NCBI RefSeq assembly: GCF_001194135.2
Contig: NC_069000.1
Location: 10,008,254-10,072,253, forward strand
Direction of reading: 5' to 3'
Length of the DNA stretch: 64,000 nucleotides
Source of the DNA: Octopus bimaculoides
Taxonomy: Eukaryota
Positions within the stretch are counted from its first letter, which is position 1; each line of letters opens with the position of its first letter. Shown here piece after piece: positions 1 through 14,706 of the stretch. A program made the translations under genes and the position numbers. The notes beneath the pieces were generated by a model. It had not been told where the DNA came from. It was given only the letters and a program-made list of their open reading frames with translations, and made no database searches.

Positions 1-19
1 ATATATATATATATATATG

Positions 20-50
<31 letters not shown>

Positions 51-121
51 GTCTGTATATATATATATATATATATATATGTCTGTATATATATATATAT
101 ATATATGTGCGCATATATATG
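1..121. repeat. (TA)n microsatellite with periodic GTCTG interruptions; representative of dozens of (TA)n, (CA)n, (GA)n, (TATG)n, (AAT)n, (GAT)n and (GGT)n tracts in the window
   Basis: Directly visible. A larger compound tract lies at 27463-28100. Confidence 0.95.
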
Positions 122-258
122 TGTATGGTGTGTTTGTATACACACAGACATATAGAAAGATGGAGAGAAAAAGAGAGAGATGAGGTTAGAAATGGTTAGA
201 GGTGGAGGAAGGAGGGAGGGAGGGGTAGAATTAAAAGCGATTCCAATTTGTAACTTAC

Positions 259-382
259 TTTCCATTAAAGCATCTTTCAGTATTCTTGTGTGACACGGCA
301 TTTCCCAGAGAGGTTCGTATGCACTTTTAATGTCTTTACACAGCAGGTCAATGACCATACGGACATGCTCTACAACAACATT
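259..382 (-). CDS. NUGGC: Exon 19, [41 protein letters not shown]; the gene continues beyond the window
   Basis: Not in the ORF track. TTATTGCAG acceptor, GTAAGT donor at 258-253, 124 nt open, phase 0/1. Confidence 0.85.
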
Positions 383-3300
383 CTGCAATAAGTAAAGAAA
401 ACGGCTAAATTAAATTGGTTCTGTCACAAAGATAAAGCAATGTTAAAGATGATGATGATGATGATGATGACAATGAAGATGATGATGGTGGTGGTGGTGG
501 AAGTAGTAGTAAGTAATGAAAATATTGAGATTTGTGAATTAGAGTTTATTTCTTTATGTAATTATTTGATGATGCTATTAAATTAGACAGCTTGGACCAA
601 TATTGGCTGAAACCTTATCTAAGTGTTATTTCTTTACTACCCACAAGGGGCTACACACAGAGATGACAAACAAAGACAGACAAACGGATTAAGTCGATTA
701 TATCGACCCCAGTGCGTAACTGCTACTTATTTAATCGACCCCGAAAGGATGAAAGGCAAAGTCGATCTCGGCGGAATTTGAACTCAGAACGTAGCGGCAG
801 ACGAAATACCGATAAGCATTTCGCCCAGCGTGCTAACATTTCTGCCAGCTCGCCTTATCTAAGTGTATAAATTTATGTGTAAAGGTACCCAGCCTTGCTG
901 TAAAGAAGATTTTGTTGTTTTTGTTATTTCTTTTTATTTAAATTAAAAACCTCAACACCCCAATAGTTGATAAGCAGGCATTCAAGAAGTAGAGTCATTA
1001 TGATGCGCAGCCAACTTAGACTTTCCCCAGGCTTTGTCTACTTCATATATAATTTTATTATTGAATGGTTTCCATTCTCTTCTTTGGGCACCGACACATA
1101 AAGAGTACTGTTTACTGTTCACAAGTCTGTCTACAATACCCTGTGTGATATGAGGAGGTCAATTTGGCGTGGCTGAGTGGAACATTCAACCTGCTTTGGT
1201 AGTGGAGACAAACACACACACATGCATATGCACACAAAAATATATACATATGGAGAGAGGGGGTGGGGCAGAAAAGAACATTACAATTTATTAATTGAAT
1301 GTGACTGACAAAAATACTTTTCCTCTCCTCATACACATAAGGTGAAATACACCCACACACATAGAGGAGAGAGAGAGAGGAAGGGTGAGTGTGAGACACA
1401 TCAAATCAGTGATGCCAAATAAGCAACACCAAGATGGCTGAGCCAAAATGTCTGATACCCCACTTTGGGCTACTTTATGAGGGAACCCCGATGTGGTCAT
1501 TAAGCCTTTCTAGAAATAGCAACCAAATCACCATCAAATCACATCATATTGTCTTAAACAACAATAGGATACATTGGATGATGCAGTTCTATGTAGCACT
1601 AAAAAGGCAAGGTGGTCATGGCTGGAATGTCTTTGATCATAGGGATAAACAATACAGCAATGAAGGAAGTGAGTACAGTCTGCTGTCGAGGCAAATGATA
1701 GAATGGCCAAGATTTTCTTTTCTTCTCTTCTTATATATAGGCACAGGCATAGCCATGTGGAAAGAAGCTTGCTTACCAACCACATGGTTGTGGGTTCAGT
1801 CCCACTGTGTAGCATTGGGGCAAGTATCATCTACTATAGCCTCAGGCTGACCAAAGCCTTGTGAGTCGATTTTGTACATGAAAACTGAAAGAAACCTATC
1901 ATGTGTATATATATGTAAATATAAATATATGTATGTGTGTGTCTTTCTGTCTGTGTTTGTCCCGCCACCACTGCTTGACAATTCATTTTGGTATATTTCT
2001 GCCCCCATAACTTAGCAGTTCAGCCAAAGAGACCGATAAAATAAGTACCAGGCTTAAAAACATAAGTCCTGGGGTTGGTTCATTTGACTAAAAATTCTTG
2101 AAGGTGGTACCCGCAAATGGTCGAAGTCAAATAAGTGAAATAAATAAAAAAATATATAGAGAATGGTGAAATTAGTATGGTCTGATGCATGTGCAATAAA
2201 TGATGAGTATGGTGCGATGGATATGCAATGCAAGCATTGAGCGAGAAATTTTAACTGATTATGTAACGAAAATATGGAACCAGTTTAATATGCAACTGAC
2301 TTAAATAGATCAATTTTATCTCTATGTTTAATTTATTGAAAAAAAGAAATAAATAAATGAAATAAAAGAAGTAAAAAATGGCTTTGTAGCAAGATAAACC
2401 ACCAGCCCTATATTGCTGAGAGAACCAACAGGGAAGATATAGAATAAATATGTATTTATATTGATCCATATCTTCCTATATCTCAAATAGCTGTAGATTT
2501 ATGCAATGATTCCCGAATTAATGTGTAACCTACTTTCTAGTGTAACAATGGGCATTATATTTGAGAGAATAATACCAGAAACAACACTGAGAGCAGATAG
2601 TGTTTTAAAGAAGGCTTAACGGAGTCAGAAATGGAAGAAATACCTAGTTGAACTGTAACTGATATGTATGTATGTATGTATGTACACACACGCACATGTA
2701 TGTATATGTCCATATATAAATGTATATATGTGTATGTATATATATATATATCTAGATCTATCTATTTATACACACACACATATGTACATATGTGTATGTA
2801 TGTATGTATGTGTTTTAGAACAGTCTGAATTCTAGAAACTGCCATATAGCATTATCCATTTTTCAAAACTCCTTCAGATCAGCATTAACCACCACCACCA
2901 CCACCACAACAACAACAACAACAGCAAAAATAAAAATGACGACAAAGACAGTAATGGTGAGCGGGAGAATTCCCTAATAGCATTATTTGTCAGTAATTTA
3001 ATCCAGTCACCATCTCTACTAAGCCATATCCCAAGCATTATAGCTTAGCGAAGTAGATATAGAAAGTAATAACCAGACAGTGAATGATAATCTGCATCAT
3101 TTAAATATTGGGTCATAAGAAAAGACAATTGGAAAGAACTAGGATTAGAAACAAGGATTAAGGAAAAATCAATCTACATTTATGTGGCACAGAACAAAGA
3201 TAAGTTTCTAATTAAATTGGAATCTTAGAGAGAAAATTCTAAGAGGTTTGTTGTAAATCTTGGTAGGATTAGGATTATGAGATTTATATCAGCAGAGTTT

Positions 3301-3701
3301 AGTAGGTATGCAAGAATGAAGGTCAAAAATTAGGAACGAAAAACAGGGCTTCAGATATGTCTGACATGACGTAGATGCAGCAAAGCAGCTGATGGGAGAG
3401 TTTTAAATCACATCAGAGACAGATTTTTTAAGTGGATAATATGTACAGGAAACATTCAGAAATAATTGAAAAGACACACAAGTGAGTTTGAAATAAATTT
3501 TTGAATTTTTATTATATAATTACAGAGACTGTCTAAAACCCATGATAGAGAGAGAGAATGGTGTTAGGAAACATATTTAGTTGCGAAACTGTTCTAAATA
3601 TTAATGGAAATGTCTGAATAAAGAAGTACAATGGAATGACATGAAATACACAACAGGGGAAGCGATGTTGGTTGAAGAGCTGACAAGGGAGATAAAGCAA
3701 G

Positions 3702-3739
<38 letters not shown>

Positions 3740-6092
3740 TGTACATTTTTAACTCTTTTACTAAACATCTGGCATATGTAAAGAAATGGGGTTGGAGAAG
3801 GGGAAAATGCACAAGACAGGAGCTTATAATGGTGAAAATTGAAATAAAACACATGGTATGGGTTAATTCAATGTTACTCAATACAATATATATATATATA
3901 TATACATACATACATACATACATATATATNNNNNNNNNNNNNNNNNNNNNNNNNNNNNNNNNNNNNNNNNNNNNNNNNNNNNNNNNNNNNNTATATATAT
4001 ATATATGTGTGTGTGCGTGCATTCACATTCACACACCTGCAGAAGGAAAACAGTGAGATGTGAAAAAAAGAAAAAAAGAAGAAATAAGAAGAATAAATAA
4101 AGTTAATAATAAATTAAATATATATAATAATATAGGAATACACTAGTATGAATAGAGAAATATTACACACAAACAGATACGAAACACATAGACAAAAAAT
4201 GCAAACCTGACAGTGAGAGAAGCACACATATACACACACATGGACACATGAACACACAAAACGAGAGAGATGGGGTGGGGTGGGGAGAGAAAGAGAGTGA
4301 ATGAGATGAAATTCTGGAGAAATGTAGAGACACCCAAGATGCAAGCTACATACACACAATAACATGCAATTTATTTAGATTCATTCATCCTAATTGAGTT
4401 GAAGTGAAACCATCTAAAACCACCGCCACTTGCTAAACCATTCAGATGTGAATTAGCAAATAATTCAAGGTGTTCCACAGATAGTCACAGAAAATCAGTT
4501 TTCCATACATTCTAATGAAGCTAATTCCTTCTTTAGCAGCTTTTAAAAGCGGAACCATAAATCCCAAAGAAGATTCTATTATCAGACATTCTAATAATAC
4601 TTGCCATTTTAGCAATGGTGGCTGTTAAGGATTCTGGTGAAATATTTAGTATTTTAAGCAATGGTAGATTAATGATTGACTGGTTATGAAAGTCTGTCAG
4701 ACAATTGATAGATCCCTGGTAGATTTGATCACATTGACTGCTCCCTACAGCAAGCATCTTCTACTATAGACTCAGGCCAATACAAGCCTCATAGTCACCA
4801 TCATCATTTAACACCTGATTTCCATGCTGGCATGGGTTGGACGCTTTGACAGAAGCTGGCAAGCCAAAGCACTACGCCATGCCCCACTGTCTGTTTTGGT
4901 ATGGTTTCTATGGATGGATGCCCTTCGCAACAACCACTTCACACAGTGTACTAGGTCTTTTTTACAAGACACCAGCAGGATCAATAAATTAAGTACCATT
5001 TGCGTACCGGGGTCGATCTAATCGACTGGGCCCCCTTCCCCAAAAATTTGGGGCTTTGTAACTAAAGTAGAAAAGAATAATAATAGTCCAACAGATATTA
5101 GTTTCAAGGTTTGGCACAAGGCCAGCAATTACAGAGGATGGGGGTGGTAAGTAGATTATACTGACCCCAGTGAAGGCACATGGCTTAGTGGTCAAGGCAT
5201 TGGACACATGATTGTAAGAGTGTGGTTTTGATTCCCAGATTGGGCAACACATTGTGTTCTTGAGCAAAACACTTCATTTCATGTTACTCCAGTCCACTCA
5301 GCTGGCAAAAATGAGTAATCCTGCAACAGACCAGCATCCCATCCAGGTGAAGAATTTATATGCCATGAAACCAGCCCTCATGAGTCAGCATGACTCGAGA
5401 CGGTCCCTTTACAGTGCGCGACTGGTACTTATTTTCTCGGTATTTGAAATCAGAATGCAAAGATGGATGAAAAGCTGCAAAGCATATCGCCTGGCATGCT
5501 AACGATTCTGAAAAACTCGCTACCTTATTGACCAACCAATATTACGTACCAATATGTATTGGCCAGCTGTTTCTATGTATTAATATGTATTACACTCGAG
5601 AGATGATGTAATACAAGATACGACCAACATTCTACCTCCTGCCCCACACCCCTCCGCCTCCCATGCCTGCCAGACTTTATCGTAGCACACTGCAACAGAA
5701 GAGTTTCTTCTTATATAATCAGGCACTTAACAGGTATTCAGCAAACAGAAAATGTTAATAAATAATTAGGAAGACGTCTGTGTGCAAAAGTGTGTGTTTG
5801 TACATGCATAAATGTGTGTGTAACTCTATATATAAGTATACATGCATGTGTGTGCATATTTATGTATGTATGCATATATGTATGTATATATGTAAGTCTG
5901 ATTGGTTGCAGGATTTTGTTAGGTGTGTTCATGTGTATGTTTGTGTCTCCCTGTATGCATAACTATGTGTACATACATACAAAAGGGAGAGTGTATGTGT
6001 GTGTCTGTGTCTTAGCATAAATATGTGTATCTACATGTGCAAGAATGTGTATGCGTTTGTGTGTGTATGTGTACGCATGCGCATGTATGTAT

Positions 6093-6140
<48 letters not shown>

Positions 6141-8890
6141 ATGTGCAGATATGGGAATATTAGACAAAATCTAGTAATGCCGCCTTTCTAGGAGGAGATT
6201 ATATCTTTGCAACATTACTTTAGATAACTTTGTAGAATGTAATAGAAGTGGGTTGATTGGATAGATAGAAGATATGGGAGAACTGGATGCTGAAGATAAT
6301 GGCTAGCATGATGCTAGGAAATTGTTTTGGAATGGAATAAGAACAAAACAAAAACAACAATATAACAAACAACAAAGTGTTTCCTTTAAATTCCTACAAG
6401 AGAGAGAGAGAGAGTGGTAGAGAGAGAGGTAGAGTGCAGGGGAGTGAGTGAGTGGAGTGGAGTAAGTTAGTGGCGTGCAAGAAGTGAGTGAGTGAGAATG
6501 GGTGGAGTGTGTGGAGTGAGTAAGAGTATGTTGAGTGAGTAAAATGAGTGGAGTGAGTGAATGGAGGGATAGAATAAAAGAGAACTGAATTAGGCTGATA
6601 AATTTCATCCCAGTAACTTAACTCATAACATGGTATATCAGCCTCTAGTATCTTTCATTAGGGAAAGCTTATATAGACTTTTTCCCCTTAATAGTTTACA
6701 TGGGGTAAATTCCCACATGGATAGTATGATGTAAAATGGTAAAGCACCAGATTAAATAATTCCTGGCAACAACAGACAGCAGGAGTAAGAGGGTGACACA
6801 AGGTAACTAAGTCAGAGCATGCAATTTTCAACAAAAACCAAAGCTGTATAATTGAAGAAGGATATATATAAGGTGTGGTCTAGTGGTTAGGGTGTTGCAC
6901 TAACAGTTGTAAGATCACTGTTTCAATTCCCAGCCCAGGTGGTGTGTTGTGCTCTTGAGCAAAACACTATTTTCCATTGCTCCAGTTGACTTCCTTTTGT
7001 GACAGACTGATATGTTAAGGGAGAAATGTTGCGATCTTGGTCACACACAAGCCATGAAAACCATGTAACAGGCCTTAGGACTCAGGACAATATTTACTTA
7101 CATGTAGCATGTGTGTCAAATGTAAACACCCTCTTTCTTGTATTTCACAAAATTGTAAGACATACATTAAAATCTGGTTTGTTATTAACATTCATTTGTA
7201 CATCTTAGGAATGCCTGGCATGATTAGCATTCATGCAGGGAATGCCAAAGCTTCAATGTTCTTTCTCTTCCTAATGCCACACATCCATTTCTGTATTTGT
7301 ATCACATCAACCATCAACCAAGCCTCACATTCTATGCCACCCTCCACCGCCCACTGTTGGTAAATTAAAGTAAAGTAAGCCTCCTTAACATTCAAAGGGG
7401 ATTGGTTTGATCAGTGAATTACAGCCACACCTCTTTAACTGATAGACTTCTGGAGAAGCAAAATGAAATCAGTATCTACATGGCGTTCCAGATAACTCTT
7501 CTACCATGTTGACCTAAATAGATAGAACTAGAAGAAAAAATAATCAATAACAGTTTTCTGCAGAGTGATAGACATATATTTACACCTGCCTCATCAAATA
7601 TAATGAAGATTCCAGCCAAGAGTTGAAGTCGTGATGACCCAGTTTTGGATCAGGTCTTCTTTTTTAATTATGAGTATTACACCGAATTAGATTAAAGAAT
7701 ATATGAATATATGAATATATATATATATATATATATATANNNNNNNNNNNNNNNNNNNNNNNNNNNNNNNNNNNNNNNNNNNNNNNNNNNNNNNNNNNNN
7801 NNNNNNNNNNNNNNNNNNNNNNNNNNNNNNNNNNNNNNNNNNNNNNNNNNNNNNNNNNNNNNNNNNNNNNNNNNNNNNNNNNNNNNNNNNNNNNNNNNNN
7901 NNNNNNNNNNNNNNNNNNNNNNNNNNNNNNNNNNNNNNNNNNNNNNNNNNNNNNNNNNNNNNNNNNNNNNNNNNNNNNNNNNNNNNNNNNNNNNNNNNNN
8001 NNNNNNNNNNNNNNNNNNNNNNNNNNNNNNNNNNNNNNNNNNNNNNNNNNNNNNNNNNNNNNNNNNNNNNNNNNNNNNNNNNNNNNAAGTGTCTTCTACT
8101 ATAGCCTCGGGCCGACCAAGGCCTTGTGAGTGGATTTGGTAGACAGAAACTGAAAGAAGCCCGTCTTATATATGTATATATATATATGTGTGTGTGTTTG
8201 TGTTTGTCCCTCCAACATCGCTTGACAACTGATGCTAGTGTGTTTACGTCTCCGTAACTTAGCAGTTCGGCAAAAGAGACCGATAGAATATGTACTAGGC
8301 TTACAAAGAATAAGTCCTGGGGTCGATTTGCTCGACTAAAGGCGGTGCTCCAGCATGGCTGCAGTCAAATGACTGAAACAAGTAAAAGAGTAAAAGAGTA
8401 ATGTTTTACACACATCACAAACATTTTTACCAGAACAAAGTATATTGACCCATTAAACAGTGATGAGTCTCTCCTCACTTGTGTGTGTGTGCATTTGTGC
8501 ATGTACACACACACGCAGACATACACACACACTCACTCACATACATGTATCATGCACAGTAAATATTTATAAAAAGATTTATATATATTTTATGCCATAA
8601 CAAAGAATCTTAGCTTTCACTCAAACAAAGATTGTTAGAGGTAAATAATGTTTTAAATCTGAAGAATATGGTAGGAAAAAAAAAAAAAAAAAATTATTAC
8701 AAAAAGGAAAAAAAAAAGAAGTATTCCGAATGATTATAAGTAATGAAAGCAATGAATTTCTAATGTGGACAATAACAAATAGAATTAGCTACTACATTGC
8801 AAAATGATTAGTACTAAATATTAAAGTGTGAGCGTGGGTAGGGGATACAGATGCACTAGAAAAATCATAGCAAAACATTTATGTGTGTAA

Positions 8891-8929
<39 letters not shown>

Positions 8930-9325
8930 TGTATGTGATAGTAAGTGAAAACATGCATGCATGCGTGCGTGCGTGTGTGTAGTCAGGCGCACCATCAACA
9001 AGACATGAGACGGAAGACAAATTGGCAATGACATTTTGGCTGAATGAGAGAAGAGAAACAGGTAATGAAATGTAAGTTGACCCACCTGCAAAATGCGCAT
9101 TTGGCTAACGAGAAGTTCAGATGCATTATCGAACATAAACATCCGATTGGTGTCTATTCCTTGATTTACGATAGTTTTGACTCTTTGGAACATGCCCTTG
9201 CCTTTTGCTTCCCCACAGTCAGAATATATGTTGATCATCGACTCCTGCAACACACACGCACACCACAGTAGTAAGTAGAGTACAAAAACTAGAAAGATTT
9301 TTACCAAACAGATTAAGGTTTAAAA

Positions 9326-9360
<35 letters not shown>

Positions 9361-10725
9361 AAAGGATTAAATGTGATAAAATATCTTTAAAAGAAATTGT
9401 TTATAAATAGTTCTTTAAGAAAAAAAAATGTTGAAATGTTAACAGAAAGGAGCGTGTTGGGATAGAACTCTCTTAGGATTATGAAACCCAAATAACTTTG
9501 ACCATTATTAAAACCCCTACTGAATATAAGTCATATATATGTATGGACATACTAACCAGATGTGACCCAAATATTTATGCTGAAAAATTATAACTACACA
9601 CACACACACACAATATCTATATATATATATAGGGGTAAATGCAATGACAAGCAAATTAGGGAAGTCGATTTACACAGAATATTAGATACATTTAATACAA
9701 AAAATGTGAGTATGGATATAAAATAGTCCAACTTACACAGAATATAAATATCAGGAGTTGAATGGCTTGAGTTTTACGAGTCTAACAGCTGTTTCTGGGA
9801 GCTTGGTGGTCCGGAATAATGACAGTTACTTGGTTCTATTATCGAATAACACCGCCTCCGCCTTCAGGAGAGAGCTTTACATTTGAGGTGTTGACAGGAT
9901 GGAGTTTAAAGATGGACAAATGGAGGCAGTGTTATCTGATAATGGAACCAAGTAACTCTCATTAGTCCAGACCACCAAGCACCCAGAAACAGCTGTTGGT
10001 CTCATAAAACTCAACCCATTCAACTCCTTATATCATTTATATTTTGTGCAAGTTGGACTGCTTTATATTCATACACACGTACATTTTTTTGTATTAAATG
10101 TATCCAATATTCTGTATAAATCAACTTGCCCAACTTGTGCTTACATTTACTCCTCTACTTCCTCAATTTCAAATTTCTTGAGGACTTTGGAGTGGATTCT
10201 ATATAGAGAACATCTGTCTTTAACCTCTTTCTCTCTCTCTCTCTCTATATATATATATACAAACACACACTGGACACAGGTAAAATATTAGATGAAAATC
10301 TTTACTAGCACAAGGTGTATAGATCCATTCATTAAACAATAGTGAACTCTCTCACTCTCCCTAGTGTGTGTGTGTAAAACAAAGGTTCAATATGTATTAC
10401 AGATTTATTCTGCTTTCACTCAATGGAGATTGTCAGAAACAATATCTCAGGTAATTCAAAAAGATGCATACCATTATTGAAATAAATTCCAGCATTAACA
10501 TATTAAAATAGTATGGTTAAGATGGTATACATCCATTTATAATTAAAATTTAGACAGAAAGAAAGAATAAATTCATGAGGAAGAACAAACCTGCAGTAAA
10601 CAGAGAAAGGAAGACTCAAATAGAGAATATTATTAAATAAAAGTAGCTCGTGAATCATGTGGCACGATTCAATACCATATTGGTTTTACATACTAATGTA
10701 CATATATAGACATATACACAAATAC

Positions 10726-10768
<43 letters not shown>

Positions 10769-13700
10769 NNNNNNNNNNNNNNNNNNNNNNNNNNNNNNNN
10801 NNNNNNNNNNNNNNNNNNNNNNNNNNNNNNNNNNNNNNNNNNNNNNNNNNNNNNNNNNNNNNNNNNNNNNNNNNNNNNNNNNNNNNNNNNNNNNNNNNNN
10901 NNNNNNNNNNNNNNNNNNNNNNNNNNNNNNNNNNNNNNNNNNNNNNNNNNNNNNNNNNNNNNNNNNNNNNNNNNNNNNNNNNNNNNNNNNNNNNNNNNNN
11001 NNNNNNNNNNNNNNNNAAGTCAGTTATGTAATAACATGAGATTAGTTACAAAATAGTAAAAGGGCTTTTGTGCATTCCTAGAGAGTTCAGGGGTGCTAGT
11101 GTTGGTATATTCGTGAATAAGTCACTAACTGAAATAAGTGGATCTATTGTTTAGGAAAATACTATTTACGGTTTGACTGAGGACTGGCGAGCCAGATGGC
11201 TGCACCAGGCTCCAATCTGATCTGGCAGAGTTTCTACAGCTGGATGCCCTTCCTAACGCCAACCACTCTGAGAGTATAGTGGGTGCTTTTACGTACCATT
11301 GGCACAAGGGCCAGTCAGGCGGTACTGGCAATGACCACACTCAAATGGTGGTTTTTAAGTGCGACCTGCACAGGAACCAGTCCAGGTTAATGTAAGTATG
11401 TACACATGTGAGTGTGAGTGTGTCTGTCTGTCTATCTTGCGGGCTTGTAGGTACAGGGGCCACACAAAAAGCACCCGTGCCAGTGCTGTGTAAAAGCACC
11501 TGGTACACTATGTAAAGGGGCTGGCGTTAGGAAGGGCATCCAGCCATAGAAACCATGGTAAAACAGACAAGNNNNNNNNNNNNNNNNNNNNNNNNNNNNN
11601 NNNNNNNNNNNNNNNNNNNNNNNNNNNNNNNNNNNNNNNNNNNNNNNNNNNNNNNNNNNNNNNNNNNNNNNNNNNNNNNNNNNNNNNTATATATATATAT
11701 ATATTTAGTACAATTCAGGTAATAACCTCATAACGTGCATTAAAAAGCTCCTATACTGCCACTCTTCAGCAGGATCTTTTCCAAGGCTGGATAAACATGT
11801 GAAACTCCACTATTTTAGAGGATTAATATCAGAATAATATCACACGAAGATGGGAAAGAGCAGGCTTTAATACCACAATAATGTGTGTCACACAGAATCT
11901 AATGAACTTATTGGTGGAGAGTAATAGACATGGTATGTCTGAGGAAACTCAAAGAAATCCGACAGTACTTAATAGCATTCCACCTGAGGAGGCACCTACA
12001 CACAACTGTCGCTGAAAAATATTTAATTCTGTAGTAATTATAAAAGATAATCTTATACATAATGATATATAAATGTAAAGTCAGCAACTTGACAATGGTG
12101 TCTGGTGCAGAAACAAATGAGATTTTCTATTAAAGCTTGCATTTACACACACATATATATATGCACACACACACAGACACACACATATATATATATACAC
12201 ACACACATATATATATACACACAAAGTAAAGAGTAAAAGAGTCAAAAGGAAGAGTAAGTACGGTTAGGCAGCTTTTTAATGATCACTACAACTATATATA
12301 TAATCCTTACTATTACTATTATTATTGTGTGAGAGAGCAGTGCATGCCATCAAAGTGACACTGGGGTAAAATATTCAAAGCCCAGTGTACCCATCATGAT
12401 TACCCATCCAATAAGAATATATCAGGCACATGCATCACAACCATATGTTCATGACATGGTGATCTCATATCAAGATGAACAACACATGACCTTGCAGGTG
12501 GAGCCCAGTTAGAATTTTCTTCAGGTCAAGTACCCATTCCGTTCAAAAGGTCCTTGAATAAGTGTCATTTAAGGATGTTGAACAAAATACCCATGTTTCC
12601 AGAGGTGAATTATCCAAACCCCAAAGAATTCCTCTCAACACGTGGTTATGATGCTCCCCAACTACTTCTGCTCATGATCAGAGATGCACATATCGTCAGC
12701 CACTTAGGGACATGCTCAACTGGTTAAGGTCAAACAAATGACAAGCAAATCTGTGGTATTGAGCAGAATATTTGCTGTAGGCCATCTTTTATACGAACAC
12801 AAAACAATGTACATGATAACACTTCCAATCAATTAAGATCAGAAGCCATGAGAGCCAGTGCCTGGTATTGCTTTATTCTTATTGATCGATAAATTAAGTA
12901 CCAGCTAGGCTCAATCTAATCGACTAGCCTCCTTCCCCAAAGTTTCAGGCCTTGTGTCTATATTAGAAAGAATTATTATTATTGTTATTACTATCTATTC
13001 CTGTACAATTTTTTCCATCTGAGAATATGTATATAGATATATCTCTATGAAATATTACGATGGTTATGAATTATAAGTCGCATGATTCCCAGTCTCTCTT
13101 TTACCCTTTAGCAGGTGATGTTGGTTTGACTCATTCATTGTCTGTTAGTCATGATGAATTCTTTCATTAAAATTTATTTGTTCTTTCTGTCTTTCTAAAT
13201 TTGGACTATAAATGGATGCAAAATGCCTAACTATACTGTTTTGATATATCATGTATTAATGTCTAAATTTATTCTAATATGGTACAAATGTGTGTGTGTA
13301 GTTATTTACTGTTAATTTTAAAGCAATTTTAAGAATAACAACAGAACATTTACTGATGAGGAGTCTCAATGCTAAAAGGAGATTAAATTTTAAGTTTCAG
13401 CACATTGCTTATTTAACCAACCATCATAATCATCATCATCCTCATCATCGTTTAACGTCTGTTAAATGACCTTTAGTCAAACAAATTGACCCCAGAACTT
13501 ATTCTTTGTAAGCCTAGTACTTATTCTATTAGTTTCTTTTACCAAACCACTAAGTTACAGGGATGTAAACACACCAACATCGGTTGTCAAGCGATGGTGG
13601 GGGTGACACACTCAGACACTTAAGCATATACATATGCACACACACACACACATTATATATGTGTGTGTGTGTGTGTGTGTGATAGGCTTCTTTCAGTTTT

Positions 13701-14675
13701 GTGTGTCTGTGTACAAGCATGTACACACACACACACACTCCTTTTGAGCTGGGAAATGAATGGAATGCTTGGTGTGTGTCTTGTTGTGGCTACCTCCTCC
13801 TAAAAAAAAAAAGGGAATAGGCCTGGGTATATGTTTGTATATGTTCTTTCAGTTTTCATCAACCAAATCCACTCACAAGGCTTTGGTTGGCCTGAGGCTA
13901 TAGTAGAAGACATTTACCCGAGATGCCATAGAGTGGGACTGAACCTGGAACCATGTGGTTGGGAAGCAAGCTTCTTACCCCACAGCCATGCCTGTGCCTA
14001 TTATATACATATATATATATGTCCAGCCAAAAGGTTGACTGAATGAAAACTTGGTTCTGCCAGAGATAATTTACTCAACAGATGGGAAACGTATAAAAAA
14101 TATCCAGTACATTTCTAGCACAGTCGTATATCATAAGCCTTTGTTTTTTATCTACCAGAAGATACACACAAATGATGCATTTATCCACACAGACGAGGAG
14201 GACAATGTGCTGCCTGGTCTAGGCAGTGGAACCCATGAAATTGTGATCACAAGTCGAACACTTCCAGCCTTTAAGCTTTACACACACACACACACACACA
14301 CACAGACATCCATACACACACACACACGCACACAGAGACATCCATACACACACANNNNNNNNNNNNNNNNNNNNNNNNNNNNNNNNNNNNNNNNNNNNNN
14401 NNNNNNNNNNNNNNNNNNNNNNNNNNNNNNNNNNNNNNNNNNNNNNNNNNNNNNNNNNNNNNNNNNNNNNNNNNNNNNNNNNNNNNNNNNNNNNNNNNNN
14501 NNNNNNNNNNNNNNNNNNNNNNNNNNNNNNNNNNNNNNNNNNNNNNNNNNNNNNNNNNNNNNNNNNNNNNNNNNNNNNNNNNNNNNNNNNNNNNNNNNNN
14601 NNNNNNNNNNNNNNNNNNNNNNNNNNNNNNNNNNNNNNTCTCTCTCTCTATATATATATATAAATATATATATAC

Positions 14676-14706
<31 letters not shown>

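Noticed and set aside
4400-4757. Possible highly decayed CR1/L2-type reverse-transcriptase fragment on the minus strand (…IRMSDNR…SAFK…VVLDGFTS)
   Set aside because: The resemblance is too weak to call without a profile search.
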